Below, piece by piece: positions 18,242 through 28,424 of a DNA stretch of 64,000 bases; within the stretch, counting starts at the first letter, position 1, and every line of letters begins with the position of its first letter. Under the pieces are notes generated by a model. The model ran no database searches and had not been told where the DNA came from. It saw only the letters and a program-made list of their open reading frames with translations. Location of the stretch: positions 1,120,001 through 1,184,000 of the forward strand of contig CBDFIQ010000001.1 of assembly GCA_965248195.1 (NCBI GenBank), written 5' to 3'. Position numbers and translations under genes: made by a program. This stretch comes from Longimicrobiales bacterium (GTDB taxonomy: Bacteria; Gemmatimonadota; Gemmatimonadetes; Longimicrobiales; Gaopeijiaceae).

Positions 18242-21100
18242 ATGATTGTCCGCTGGGACACGCACACTGAAGTCCCGGGCCGATCCGTCGGCGTGTCCTC
18301 GTTTGCTCTGCGACTCTTCCTCGGGCTCATCCTGCTCGGGCCCATCCTGCCCTCCACTCCCCTGGGGCTCCAGGCGCAGGACGTCGAGTCCGGCCAGGGC
18401 AGCACAGAGCCAGCTCAGGAAGAGACAGTCGACGCCGAATATGACCACGAGTCGGCGGCGCGGGCGCGGGCCGTCCGGGTGCGAACGTCCATCGATGTGG
18501 ACGGTCGCCTTGACGAGCCGGTGTGGGCAGAGGCGCCGCCCATCAAGGAGTTCATCCAGGAGGACCCGGCGGAAGGAGAACCTGGAACCGAGCGTACCGA
18601 GTTCCGCGTGGCCTATGACGATGACGCGATCTATATCGGGGCGATGCTCTACGACAGATTCCCGATCACGACGCGCCTCGCTCGCCGTGATCCGGGGAGC
18701 GGCGCCTTCGACTTCATCACAGTCAGTCTCGACAGCTACCACGACCACGAGACGGCGTACCATTTTTCAGTGAATCCGTCGGGCACGACTGACGATGCAG
18801 TGTCATCCAGCGGCGGCGGTGGAGGGGGCCGGGGTGGGGGCGGAGGCGGGGGCCGGGACTCCTCGTGGGACCCCGTCTGGGACGTCGCTACCCTGATCAC
18901 CGAGGCGGGGTGGTCCGCGGAGATGCGGATCCCGTTCAGCCAGCTTCGTTTCAGCCCCGAAGATGAGCAGGTGTGGGGCATCGAAATCAGGCGGAACATC
19001 CACCGTAACCAGGAGCGAGTGGCCTTCCCCTTTACACCCACCCTGGAAAGGGGAGGGGCCTCCCGGTTCACGCACCTCGACGGGATCGAGGGAATCGAGC
19101 CGGGCCAGAGGTTGGAGCTCCTGCCCTACGTGGCGGCTCGTGGAGAGTATCTTCAGCTGGGGGTTCCCTCGGGCGTCAACTTCTCGAACCCCTATCGAAG
19201 CGGATCCGATTACTTCGGTCAGGCGGGGCTGGACCTGAAGTACCGGTTGGCACCGAACGTCACGCTGGACGCCACGGTGAACCCCGATTTCGGCCAGGTG
19301 GAGGTGGATCCCTCCGTAATCAACCTGACGGCGTTCGAGACCCGGTTCCAGGAGCGTCGCCCGTTCTTCGTGGAGGGTGGGGATATCTTCCAAGTTGGCG
19401 AAGGGGGACCGGGCGGTAGCACGGGGCGGCCTCCGCAGCTGTTTTACTCCCGCCGGATCGGACGATCTCCGTCGGGCTCACCTCCTGCGGAGGCCGTGTT
19501 CGCCGATGTGGCCTCCGCCACGACGATTCTGGGCGCCGCGAAGGTCACGGGGAGGGTAGGAGATGGTTGGTCGCTCGGGCTCCTCGAGGCGGTCACCGGC
19601 CAGGAGACAGCCACGTACATGGAGGCCGACCAGGCCGTGAGTGAAGCCGTAATCGAACCCGCGGCGAACTACCTCGTGGGGAGGGTTCGAAGGCAGATCA
19701 GGGGCGGCGAGACCCGCTTCGGAGTTTTTGGCACGGCGGCGAATCGGGCCGTGGAGGGGACGGGGCTGGGTGAGCGTCTTCACTCGGCGGCGTACTCCGG
19801 GGGCGCCGACTTTGCCCACGAGTGGGGGAATCGGACCTACCGAATCAGCACCATGGTCAGCGGGAGCTACGTGCAGGGGGATCCGGCCGCGATCACACGT
19901 ACACAGAGCACCTCCACCCGATACTTTCAACGTCCAGACGCCGACCACCTGACCCTCGATCCAAATGCGACCTCGCTGGGCGGGTACTATGCGATGGTCG
20001 ACATTGCGAAGCAGGCCGGAGCTTTCGGTGCAAAGCTCGCCGTGGCGGCGGCCAGCCCGGGTTACGAAGTGAACGACCTCGGGTTCCAGTCCGCCTCGGA
20101 CCGGCTCATCGTCGACACGAATTTCAGCTACAACCACCCCGACCCCGGTCGGATTCTGAGGCAGTGGGACGTCCGGTGGAGCCCAGACGCGGTGTGGAAC
20201 TATGCTGGTGACCGAGTCTGGACCGAGGTGAACGGCAACTTCAACTTGCAGTTTCTGAACTACTGGGGCCTGGGGGCCAGACTCGGCTACAACCCTCGCC
20301 ACGACGACGATCGTCTGACCCGCGGAGGACCGCTGGCGCGCACCCCGAGCCGCCTCGCGGGAAGCTTGAACGTTCGCTCGGACGGAAGGCGCGAGACCGT
20401 TGGGCGCCTCAGCTATGATTGGGTGGTCGAGAGCGGGGATTCCTGGAACCGCAGCGTCAGTTTCGACCTGACCGTGAATCCCAGCGAGCGGCTCACGATC
20501 CAGTTCGGACCGTCGCTGAGCCGCGGCCATACGTCGGCTCAATACGTTTCGTCGGTGGCGGACCCTCTGGCGGTCCAGACCTTCGGTCAGCGCTACATCT
20601 TCGGCGGACTCGACCAGACCACGGTCTCCATCGACACGAGGGTAAACGTCACGTTCACGCCCACCCTGTCTCTACAGGTGTATGTCGAGCCTTTCATTTC
20701 CACCGGGGACTACCGTGAGCTGAAGGAGTTCGAGCGGCCCGGAACGTTCAAGTTCCTGGAGTACGGGACGGACATCGGGACGGTCTCCCAGGACCCCGGC
20801 CGGGGCTACACCATCGATCCAGACGGGACCGGTCCCGCCGCGCCCTTCGAAGTGACGGATCGCGACTTCAGCTACCGCAGCCTCATCGGGAACGCGGTGC
20901 TCCGTTGGGAGTGGCGGCAGGGGTCGACGCTGTTTTTCGTGTGGCAGCAGCGCCGGATCAGCTCGCTCACGGGAGACGGCGTCAATGGGACCGACCCCTG
21001 GATCGGCGGGTTCGAGCTCGGCCGAGACCCTGGCGACATGTTCGCGACGCCGGCGGACAACATTTTCGTGATCAAGGTGAACTACTGGCTGAACCCCTGA
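18242..21100 (+). CDS. CBM9-like + DUF5916 outer-membrane protein
   Basis: DG.LDE..W, YD.DAIY, GWSAEMRIPFSQLRF, TVNPDFGQVEVD, E.RPFF.EG, FYSRRIG, C-terminal KVNYW. Confidence 0.85.
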   Translation: MIVRWDTHTEVPGRSVGVSSFALRLFLGLILLGPILPSTPLGLQAQDVESGQGSTEPAQEETVDAEYDHESAARARAVRVRTSIDVDGRLDEPVWAEAPPIKEFIQEDPAEGEPGTERTEFRVAYDDDAIYIGAMLYDRFPITTRLARRDPGSGAFDFITVSLDSYHDHETAYHFSVNPSGTTDDAVSSSGGGGGGRGGGGGGGRDSSWDPVWDVATLITEAGWSAEMRIPFSQLRFSPEDEQVWGIEIRRNIHRNQERVAFPFTPTLERGGASRFTHLDGIEGIEPGQRLELLPYVAARGEYLQLGVPSGVNFSNPYRSGSDYFGQAGLDLKYRLAPNVTLDATVNPDFGQVEVDPSVINLTAFETRFQERRPFFVEGGDIFQVGEGGPGGSTGRPPQLFYSRRIGRSPSGSPPAEAVFADVASATTILGAAKVTGRVGDGWSLGLLEAVTGQETATYMEADQAVSEAVIEPAANYLVGRVRRQIRGGETRFGVFGTAANRAVEGTGLGERLHSAAYSGGADFAHEWGNRTYRISTMVSGSYVQGDPAAITRTQSTSTRYFQRPDADHLTLDPNATSLGGYYAMVDIAKQAGAFGAKLAVAAASPGYEVNDLGFQSASDRLIVDTNFSYNHPDPGRILRQWDVRWSPDAVWNYAGDRVWTEVNGNFNLQFLNYWGLGARLGYNPRHDDDRLTRGGPLARTPSRLAGSLNVRSDGRRETVGRLSYDWVVESGDSWNRSVSFDLTVNPSERLTIQFGPSLSRGHTSAQYVSSVADPLAVQTFGQRYIFGGLDQTTVSIDTRVNVTFTPTLSLQVYVEPFISTGDYRELKEFERPGTFKFLEYGTDIGTVSQDPGRGYTIDPDGTGPAAPFEVTDRDFSYRSLIGNAVLRWEWRQGSTLFFVWQQRRISSLTGDGVNGTDPWIGGFELGRDPGDMFATPADNIFVIKVNYWLNP

Positions 21101-21236
21101 GGTGGGGGCTCTTGCCAGAGGGTCTCGAGATGAACGTACTGGCTCGACTAAACGGACCGCACGGTCACGGAGCAAGAACGCCGGCCGTCAGGCAGACCGG
21201 CCGGCGTTCAGCACGAGCCAACAGGTTCGGACTAAC

Positions 21237-22387
21237 TCACCGGTTCCGGTAGGTCCTCACCGGAGGGAGACGGACGCCCGCCGGGCCTTGTGGCCTCTCC
21301 TCACTGACCACCGGCATCCGGAGCGTCCCGATTCCATCGATGGTCGCCTCGACAACGTCGCCCGGCTGTAGCCATTGCGCCTCACCGGTCTGAACGACGG
21401 CCATACCGGTACCGCCCGACGTGCCGCCGTTGATCACGTCACCCGGGAGGAGCGTGTTGATCGACGAGGCGTACTCGATCAGCTCCCAGAGCGAGTGGAT
21501 CATGTCGCCCGCTCTCGCCTCCTGCAGGACCCTACCATCAACGCTCAGCGTCTGCCTCAGGTTCTGCATCGGGTCGCCGTAGAACTCCTTCGGAACGATC
21601 CAGGGCCCGTGGGGCGCAAACGTGTCGTGGCCTTTGCCGACGAACCAGTCGCCGCCCGACTCGCGGTTCCCCGGAGGACGGCCACCACGGTCGGACACAT
21701 CGATCGTCACCATGTAGCCGAACACGTAATCCTGGGCCTCTGCCGCCGTGACGTATTTCGCGGTGCGGCCGATCACCGTCCCGATCTCGACTTCCCAGTC
21801 CGTCCGGTCACGGCCGAAGGGAATCGTGATGAAGCGCCATTCCCAATGATCGAGCCCCAGGTCGGCTTCAGGAAGAGATAGGGTACGCCCCGATTTGCGG
21901 CGCGTTCGCGTGCCGCCGCTGCCTGCTGTTCGGGCCCACCGCCCTCCCCAACGTGGCTGTAGAAATTCCCTGCCGCGTTCAAGACTTTTCTAGGGTACAT
22001 GATCGGCGGGAGTATCCGGATGTCGTCCACGTCGTGGACAAAATCGGTGCGCATGGCTCCAGTCAGCCGGCCGTTTTCCACGAGGTAGTTGGCGATCTCG
22101 TAGAGGCGGTACTTGAGGCCGTACTCATAGCGGCCGATCAGCTCGAGCATGTCTTCCGGCATCGGGATCTCTGGGTAAGTCGGATCCAGCTCGAGCAACC
22201 TGTTCGCGGCGTTGAGATCAACGACGAGCGCATCGCGGAAGACGAGTCCCACGGTGGGGGCCCCACCGATCTCGAAGGTTCCTACTTTGAACGGCTCGAC
22301 AACACCGACGGCTTGGGCGGAGAGCTCCACGGGGCCGGCGAGTAGGATGAGTGCGCTGAGCGCGCCCAAGATGGTAGCGATTCGCAT
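21237..22387 (-). pseudogene. Fumarylacetoacetate hydrolase family protein, split by a 1-bp frameshift near 21835
   Basis: ORF 21773..22387 ends ...PYLFLKPTWGSIIGNG; the adjacent frame continues FITIPFGRDRTDWEVEIGTVIGR...DVSDR..GKGHDTF...GDVI.GGT. One missing base (ggc gc ttc) joins the halves. Could be a sequencing error. Confidence 0.8.
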
Positions 22388-22565
22388 GATGTTCCTCGGT
22401 CTGGAGTCACGGGGTCAAGAGTACCCAATGCTTTATCTCCGCACACCCTCGACTGTCAATAGGCGGACGAGTGCTATCTTGGCTCATATCGTCACCCGCA
22501 TTTAGGCTGACCGACCACGATGACCTTTTTGAGGATCCCCAACATGCCCACGGAAGTCACAGCAG

Positions 22566-22891
22566 ATGCTGTTTAGTCGATATCGGATAGACAATGTGCC
22601 TCTCGTATTCCGGGTGCCTTTCCTGGTCTACGGGTATGTGTTGGGGTCCCTGTGGTTCGTCTTCCTCCTGCTGCTGCGTCTGACAATATCCGTTCGGGTA
22701 ACGGGCACGCAGAACCTCTCGGCCGATGCGAACTACATTTTTTGCCTGTGGCACGAGTCTGGCCCCCTGTCCTTCCAGGGGTGGACACCGCGTCTTCCGG
22801 CCTACCTTCGGGAGCGCCCGCACGCCTGGTTGCAGCATCCGCCCTGGTATACGAAGCCGGTTGCCGTGCTTCTAAATCTTCTCGGTGTGCA
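22566..22891 (+). pseudogene. 5' fragment of a DUF374/acyltransferase-like membrane protein, truncated by IS256
   Basis: TM helix, then L.LT.SV.V.G...YIFCLWHE motif; the frame runs into the IS end at 22892 and no continuation is seen on the other side. Confidence 0.6.
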
Positions 22892-24267
22892 GGTAGTGTC
22901 CCTAGATTTGTGTAAAAGCGGATAAGCTGGACAGGAGGGAAAGAAAAACGGAAGCTCCTCTGTTGTTGTTCACTGTCACATGAACCCGGGAGTCCGGGTC
23001 TGCAGAGCAGGCTCGGAACCGGAGAGGAGCTTCCGATGCAAGAGATTGTGGAGATCGGTCGGGCCACGCAAGACGAGCTACGCGATGATTTGCGCGAGCT
23101 GTTTCAAGGCGCGATCCGGCTGACGCTCGAGATGGTGCTGGAAGAGGAGCTGAAGGCCATGGTAGGTGCACGCCGCTTCGAGCGGGTGGGAAGCCGGAAG
23201 GACCATAGGAACGGCACATACCTGAGGCGGCTGCTGACGAGCCTGGGGCAGATCGAGGTCGCCATGCCCCGGAGCCGGGACAACGGTTCGCCGGCCGACG
23301 TGATCGGCCGCTACCAGCGCAGGAGCCCCGAGCTCGACGAGATGATGGTCGAGGCGTATGTGAGCGGCGTGTCACAGCGCAAGATGGGCGACGTCACCGA
23401 GGCGCTGATGGGCGAGCGTGTTGGGCGCTCGACGGTGAGTCGTGTGGCAAAACGGCTCGACGAGGCCGTGGAAGGGCTGCGCCGTGCGCCGATCGAGGGG
23501 CCTCACCCCTATCTGTACCTGGACGCCACGTTCTTGGACGCCCGCTGGGCCCGCAAAGTCGAGAACGTGAGTGCGCTCGTGGCGTATGCAGTGGGCCCTG
23601 AGGGTCACCGACGGCTCCTGGCCGTCACGCTGGGCGCTGAGGAGTCGCAGCAGAGCTGGTCGGAGCTCCTCGAGCAACTCCAGGACCGCGGCCTCGGCGG
23701 TGTCGAGCTCGTGATCGCCGATGAGCACGCAGGCCTGGCAGCTGCGGTCCGCCGCTTCCTGCCCGAGGCACGCCGTCAGAGGTGTACGGTCCATCTGCAG
23801 CGTAATGTGGGGGCGAGGGTCCCCCACCGCCTACGCAAGCGCGTGGCGCGTGAGGTCTCGGTGATCTTCCAGACATCCGGACTCGCCGAGGCGAAGAAGC
23901 TCCTGGGCGAGTTCGGCGCACGCTGGAAGAAGGAGCTGCCCGAGGCCGTGGAGGTCCTGGAGCGGGGCTTCGGGGCAGCGACGCAGTTCTACGCGTTCCC
24001 CGAGGCGCACTGGCCCCGGCTGCGTACCACCAACAGCCTCGAGCGGCTGCACGGCGAGATCAAACGCAGGATCAAGGCCGCCGGCGCCTTCCCGGACCGG
24101 GCCAGCGCCCTCAGGCTCATCACGGCCGTCGCACTCAGGACCACACACGTCTGGGGCGACCGGCGTTACCTCGACCTCTCACTCCTCCAGAAACAGGAGG
24201 TCGCCCAAGCAGCCTAGCCGAAGGCGAGGAGCTTCCTCCGCTTTTACACACAAATCGGGACTTGACC
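22892..24267 (+). mobile_element. IS256-family insertion sequence, copy 1 (1376 bp), no target-site duplication
   Basis: Ends defined by identity with copy 2. Imperfect terminal IRs ggtagtgtccctagatttgtgtaaaagcgga and tccgcttttacacacaaatcgggacttgacc. Flanks ggtgtgca and cctcgtgg differ. Confidence 0.93.
23036..24217 (+). CDS. IS256-family (mutator-type) DDE transposase
   Basis: RNG.Y.R, PR.R, Y..GVS.R, YLDAT, DEHAGL, QRC.VH..RN, RTTNSLERLH.EIKRR, FP. Confidence 0.95.
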   Translation: MQEIVEIGRATQDELRDDLRELFQGAIRLTLEMVLEEELKAMVGARRFERVGSRKDHRNGTYLRRLLTSLGQIEVAMPRSRDNGSPADVIGRYQRRSPELDEMMVEAYVSGVSQRKMGDVTEALMGERVGRSTVSRVAKRLDEAVEGLRRAPIEGPHPYLYLDATFLDARWARKVENVSALVAYAVGPEGHRRLLAVTLGAEESQQSWSELLEQLQDRGLGGVELVIADEHAGLAAAVRRFLPEARRQRCTVHLQRNVGARVPHRLRKRVAREVSVIFQTSGLAEAKKLLGEFGARWKKELPEAVEVLERGFGAATQFYAFPEAHWPRLRTTNSLERLHGEIKRRIKAAGAFPDRASALRLITAVALRTTHVWGDRRYLDLSLLQKQEVAQAA

Positions 24268-24930
24268 CCTCGTGGATTTTTCGATGTTACGCTTGTCGGG
24301 GCACAGCCCACGGGGGACTTCGGGCTGATTGTCGACGAGGGGTGGGGTGTAGAGTTGGGCGGACGTTATGAGTTGGATTCGACCGGACTGCTCAGCGTTC
24401 GGGGCAGCCTAGGCTTCATCAACTACGGGAGCGAGACGCTCCGGTTCTGCAGCGTCTACAGCTGTCGGGTAGGCATGGATCTCGACACGTCGAACAACAT
24501 CCTTTTCTTTGGTGTCGGCCCCGAGCTGGCCGTACAAATGGGCCCGATACGACCCTATGCCAGGGGCTCCCTTGGTATCGGCTATTTCGTGACGACCTCC
24601 GGACTCAGCGGAAGCGATGACTGGACCGGCCACTCCTACGCCAATACCAACAACTTCGACGACCTCGTCTTTCAAAAACGGCTGGGCGCGGGATTGGGGC
24701 TTCGGTTATCGAACGGACGGCGTCCGGTCTGGTTGGATCTCGGTGCCGACTATCATCACAACGGCATGGCCAGCTACCTGAGAGAGGGGGATATCGTCGA
24801 CCAGCCGGACGGCAGCATCGTCATCTATCCCCGTAGGACCGAGGCGAACCTGTGGAGCTTCCGGGTGGGGGTGTCGATCGGGATTGCACGGGACCGGGGT
24901 CATGACGGCGATGAATGGCACGGGGGATAG
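24268..24930 (+). pseudogene. Outer-membrane beta-barrel protein lacking its N-terminus, abutting the IS end
   Basis: PRGFFDVTLVGAQPTGDF...WSFRVGVSIG beta-strand pattern; no signal peptide; the only upstream start (TTG 24262) lies inside the IS. Confidence 0.65.
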
Positions 24931-25035
24931 CGTCGCCCCACTTCTTCAACGGGGCTTATATCGACACAGGGCCGCGCCACCGGGGTGGTGGCGCGGCCCT
25001 GTTCGTTTTCTCGCTGGTTGGAGAGCGTCGGGCCT

Positions 25036-26220
25036 CTAGTTCGGCCTCGCCACGCCGGTCGACCCCATCGGCGCCGGCCCCATGCCTCTATAGAGGTGCT
25101 TCTGGACCCGCTTCCCTTCGTAGGTCTCCGTGGTGTAGATGTTTCCGTCCGAGTCGGTTGCGATGCTGTGCGCTCCGTAGAACTGGCCGGGGGTACGCCC
25201 GCCGTCGCCGAAGTTGTACACGTACTCGAGCCCTTCGCGTCTGATGACGTGGATCTTTTCGTTCATGCCGTCGACGACATACATGAACGTTTGAGCCGGA
25301 TCGGGTGAGAAAGCCACGTCCCATACGGCCCCGGCGCCCCGCGTGGCCCTCTCGATGAAGATCTCATCCACGAATGTGCCGTCCTTCTGAAAGACCTGGA
25401 CTCGGTCTGACCCACGGTCGCAGACGTACACCAAGTCATCGTCGGCCGGATCGGCGCAGTGCACCGGACCGCGGAACTGCTGGGTCGCCATGGTGGCGTC
25501 ATAGTCTCCGAGGTTGTCGTCGCTCGGTACATTGCCGTAGGCACCCCAGAATCGCTTGAGGTCACCGTTCGTCGCGTCGATGACCGCGACCCGCTTGTTC
25601 CCGTAGCCGTCGGCGAGGTACATCTCGTTGGCGGGGCCGTCGAAGCTGACCTTGGCCACCCGTGAAAAGTGGTTCGTGGCGTTGCTGTTGACATCATGGC
25701 CCGACTCACCTACCTGCATCAAGAAATCTCCGGCGCGGGAGAACTTCAAGACGTGCGAGTCTCCAGCCCCATTCCCGCCGATCCAAACGTTGTCCATGTG
25801 GTCGACGACAATACCGTGATTCGACGTCGGCCAGTCGTATCCTTGACCCGGGCCGCCCCAGGAATTGACCAGGTTGCCCTCGGCATCGAACTCGAGAACG
25901 GGCGGCGCCGCGAAGCAGCACTCCTCGGCGCTCGGCGGATCGAGGGCCGCGGGTATCTCGTTGTTCGCCAGATTCCCTCGGTGGATGATCCACACGTGAT
26001 TCCGCGAGTCCACCCCCACGCCGATCGTCGAGCCGAGCAGCCAATGATTCGGCAGCGGCTTCGGCCAGAACGGATCCACCTCGAACATCGGGGCCATCGA
26101 CCCGTCGGCGACCGCCGGATCGGACGCCATATCCATGGGCGCTCCGGCTTCGGCGGCGCCGCCACAGGCGGCGCAAAGGATGATAAGGGCAGCTGCGGCT
26201 GGATACTTGGACGGCATCAT
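25036..26220 (-). CDS. NHL-repeat beta-propeller lipoprotein (PAL-like), paralog 1
   Basis: Lipobox-like CAAC; FEVDP.WPKPLPN.W.LG, ADGYGNKRV, VCDR..DR.QVF..DGTF, G.GGR.PGQF.G.HSIA.DS.GNIY. Confidence 0.85.
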   Translation of the reverse strand: MMPSKYPAAAALIILCAACGGAAEAGAPMDMASDPAVADGSMAPMFEVDPFWPKPLPNHWLLGSTIGVGVDSRNHVWIIHRGNLANNEIPAALDPPSAEECCFAAPPVLEFDAEGNLVNSWGGPGQGYDWPTSNHGIVVDHMDNVWIGGNGAGDSHVLKFSRAGDFLMQVGESGHDVNSNATNHFSRVAKVSFDGPANEMYLADGYGNKRVAVIDATNGDLKRFWGAYGNVPSDDNLGDYDATMATQQFRGPVHCADPADDDLVYVCDRGSDRVQVFQKDGTFVDEIFIERATRGAGAVWDVAFSPDPAQTFMYVVDGMNEKIHVIRREGLEYVYNFGDGGRTPGQFYGAHSIATDSDGNIYTTETYEGKRVQKHLYRGMGPAPMGSTGVARPN

Positions 26221-26344
26221 GTCCCCCTTTTGGTTCTAGGTATATCGCTGAGGGTGGGGACATGACGTGCCGGGCGCAAGTACCCCTAGGGATCAACCCA
26301 CCAAATCCCTCGCATCGCGCCCATCTCCATTTACGTAGCGGCGA

Positions 26345-27529
26345 TCAATTCGGCCTGACCACGCCCACGGACCCACTGGGTGCCGGCCCCATTCCCATGT
26401 AGACGAACTTCTGGACGCGCTTACCCTCGTAAGTCTCCGTCACGAATATGTTACCGCGGGAGTCGGTCGCGACGCTGTGCGCTCCGTAGAACTGGCCTGG
26501 GGTACGGCCGCCATCACCGAAGTTGTACAGGTATTGCAGCCCCTCGCGCCTGATGACGTGGACCTTCTCGTTTACGCCGTCCGTCATGTAGATGAACGAC
26601 TGGGCCGGATCCGGAGAGAAGGCCACATCCCACGCGGAGCCAGAACCCAGGGTATTTCCCGCGACGATGATCTCGTCAACAAAGGTGCCGTCCTTCTGGA
26701 ACACTTGAATCCGATCACCGGGGCGGTCACAGACGTACACGAACCCGTCGTCCGTGGGGTCGGCGCAGTGGACCGGATTGCGGAACTGCTGAGACGGGGG
26801 TGCACTGGGATCGTAGGCCCCGAGGTCGTCGTCGTTCGGTACGTTGCCGTAGGCGCCCCAGAATCGCTTGAGATCACCGGTGGTTGCGTCGATGACGGCG
26901 ACCCGCTTGTTGCCGTAGCCGTCGGCCAAGTACATCTCGTTGGCTCCGGCGTCGAACCTGAGCTTGGCCACCCGCGAGTAGTGGTTCCTGGCGTTGCTGT
27001 CGATGCCGTAGCCCGACTCTCCCACCTGCATCAGGAAGTCGCCGCTGCGGCTGAACTTCAAGACGTGCGAGTCGCCAGCACCGTTCCCTCCAATCCACAC
27101 GTTGTCCATATCGTCCACGACGATGCCGTGATTCGACGTCGGCCAGTCGTATCCGGAGCCCGGACCACCCCAGGACCCGACCAGGTTGCCCTCGGCATCG
27201 AGCTCGAGAACGGGCGGCGCTGCGAAACAGCAATCCTCGGCGACCGGCGGATCGAGCGCCGCCGGTATCTCGTTGTTCGCCAGGTTACCCCGGTGGATGA
27301 TCCATATGTGATCGCGGGAGTCCACCGCTACACCGATCGTCGAACCGAGCAGCCAATGATTCGGAAACGGCTTGGGCCACAGTGGATCGACCTCGAAGAT
27401 CGGCGCCATAGAGCCGTCGGTGACCGCCGGATCGGACGCCATGTCCATCGGCGCCCCGGCTTCGGCGGCGCCGCGACAGGCGGCGCAAAGGACGATAAGG
27501 GCAGCTGCTACTGGATACTTGGACGGCAT
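26345..27529 (-). CDS. NHL-repeat beta-propeller lipoprotein (PAL-like), paralog 2
   Basis: Collinear and highly similar to 25036..26220. Confidence 0.85.
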   Translation of the reverse strand: MPSKYPVAAALIVLCAACRGAAEAGAPMDMASDPAVTDGSMAPIFEVDPLWPKPFPNHWLLGSTIGVAVDSRDHIWIIHRGNLANNEIPAALDPPVAEDCCFAAPPVLELDAEGNLVGSWGGPGSGYDWPTSNHGIVVDDMDNVWIGGNGAGDSHVLKFSRSGDFLMQVGESGYGIDSNARNHYSRVAKLRFDAGANEMYLADGYGNKRVAVIDATTGDLKRFWGAYGNVPNDDDLGAYDPSAPPSQQFRNPVHCADPTDDGFVYVCDRPGDRIQVFQKDGTFVDEIIVAGNTLGSGSAWDVAFSPDPAQSFIYMTDGVNEKVHVIRREGLQYLYNFGDGGRTPGQFYGAHSVATDSRGNIFVTETYEGKRVQKFVYMGMGPAPSGSVGVVRPN

Positions 27530-27608
27530 CGTGACCCCCTTTTGGTGTTAGGTACATCGGTGAGGGTGCGGTCAATGCGTGACAGGCGCAAGTACCCGTA
27601 GGGAGCCG

Positions 27609-28424
27609 TCAGTGGGTCAGCGCATAAATGATGTAGTTCACACCGAGCCTGTACGCGTCGTTCGTGGGATCGACCGCGAAGAGTCCTGATGCGGACCCCT
27701 CCCAGTACTCCGCCAGGTCCGAGTTGTGGTTGGCCAGGACCATCACACGCTTCCTCGGATCATTGTCCTCGAAGATGGCCATGTATCGCGGCTCCACGGC
27801 CACAAACGGGTGGGACACATAAATGTCTTCGACGTAGAAAAACGTCCCGAAGATCGGATGCGTATCGTCCAATTCGACCCATTCCCGTTCCGGAAGTGCT
27901 CGAAGTAGCTGGGCATCCATGTTGTACCACTGGTCTGCCTCGAAGTCGTCGAAGATGAGGAAGCCGCCCTTTAGTAGGTAGTTCCGGAGATTCAAGGCTC
28001 CCTCCTCGGAAATACTCCAATAGCCCGGCTCCGATATGTAGATGAGCGGGTGCAGGAACATTCGAGTGTCCTCGAGAAGGACCACGTTGCTCCCGTTCGT
28101 GTTGGGAGACATCGCGGTGAACTCGTCCAGGATGGTCTGCATGTTCCGGTCCGCATCCGGATAGTCATGGGACCAAGACGAGCCCCCAAATCTTCGAAAG
28201 CCTGGCCCGCCGTACCGGATGCGAGTGAACGTAAAGTGCCCGTTGTATGGAACCTGGTAGAGCGGGTCGTCCTGGACCGCGCCGATCGCCCCGGCCGTCA
28301 TGAGAGCCGAGAGGACACCCGCCAACAGGTTGCGTCCCGGCCCACCAAGCGTAGCCACGCCTAGGCCCCCGTCACGTTCCACGCACCGGAAGCGAAACGT
28401 GGAGGTGATCCGCCGAACCGACAT
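27609..28424 (-). CDS. DUF4159 domain-containing protein (start uncertain)
   Basis: F.FTRIRY, WSHDYP.AD.N, YL.KGGF.IFDDF, HPIF, R.GVNYIIYALTH. Confidence 0.85.
   Translation of the reverse strand: MSVRRITSTFRFRCVERDGGLGVATLGGPGRNLLAGVLSALMTAGAIGAVQDDPLYQVPYNGHFTFTRIRYGGPGFRRFGGSSWSHDYPDADRNMQTILDEFTAMSPNTNGSNVVLLEDTRMFLHPLIYISEPGYWSISEEGALNLRNYLLKGGFLIFDDFEADQWYNMDAQLLRALPEREWVELDDTHPIFGTFFYVEDIYVSHPFVAVEPRYMAIFEDNDPRKRVMVLANHNSDLAEYWEGSASGLFAVDPTNDAYRLGVNYIIYALTH

Noticed and set aside
12286..20542. Long antisense or alternate-frame ORFs (e.g. 12286..13593, 14799..16382, 14938..16569, 19478..20542)
   Set aside because: Shadows of well-supported genes caused by GC-rich codon bias.
24262..24295. 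IS-created hybrid promoter from the outward TTGACC
   Set aside because: No convincing -10 hexamer at 16-18 bp spacing at either insertion site.
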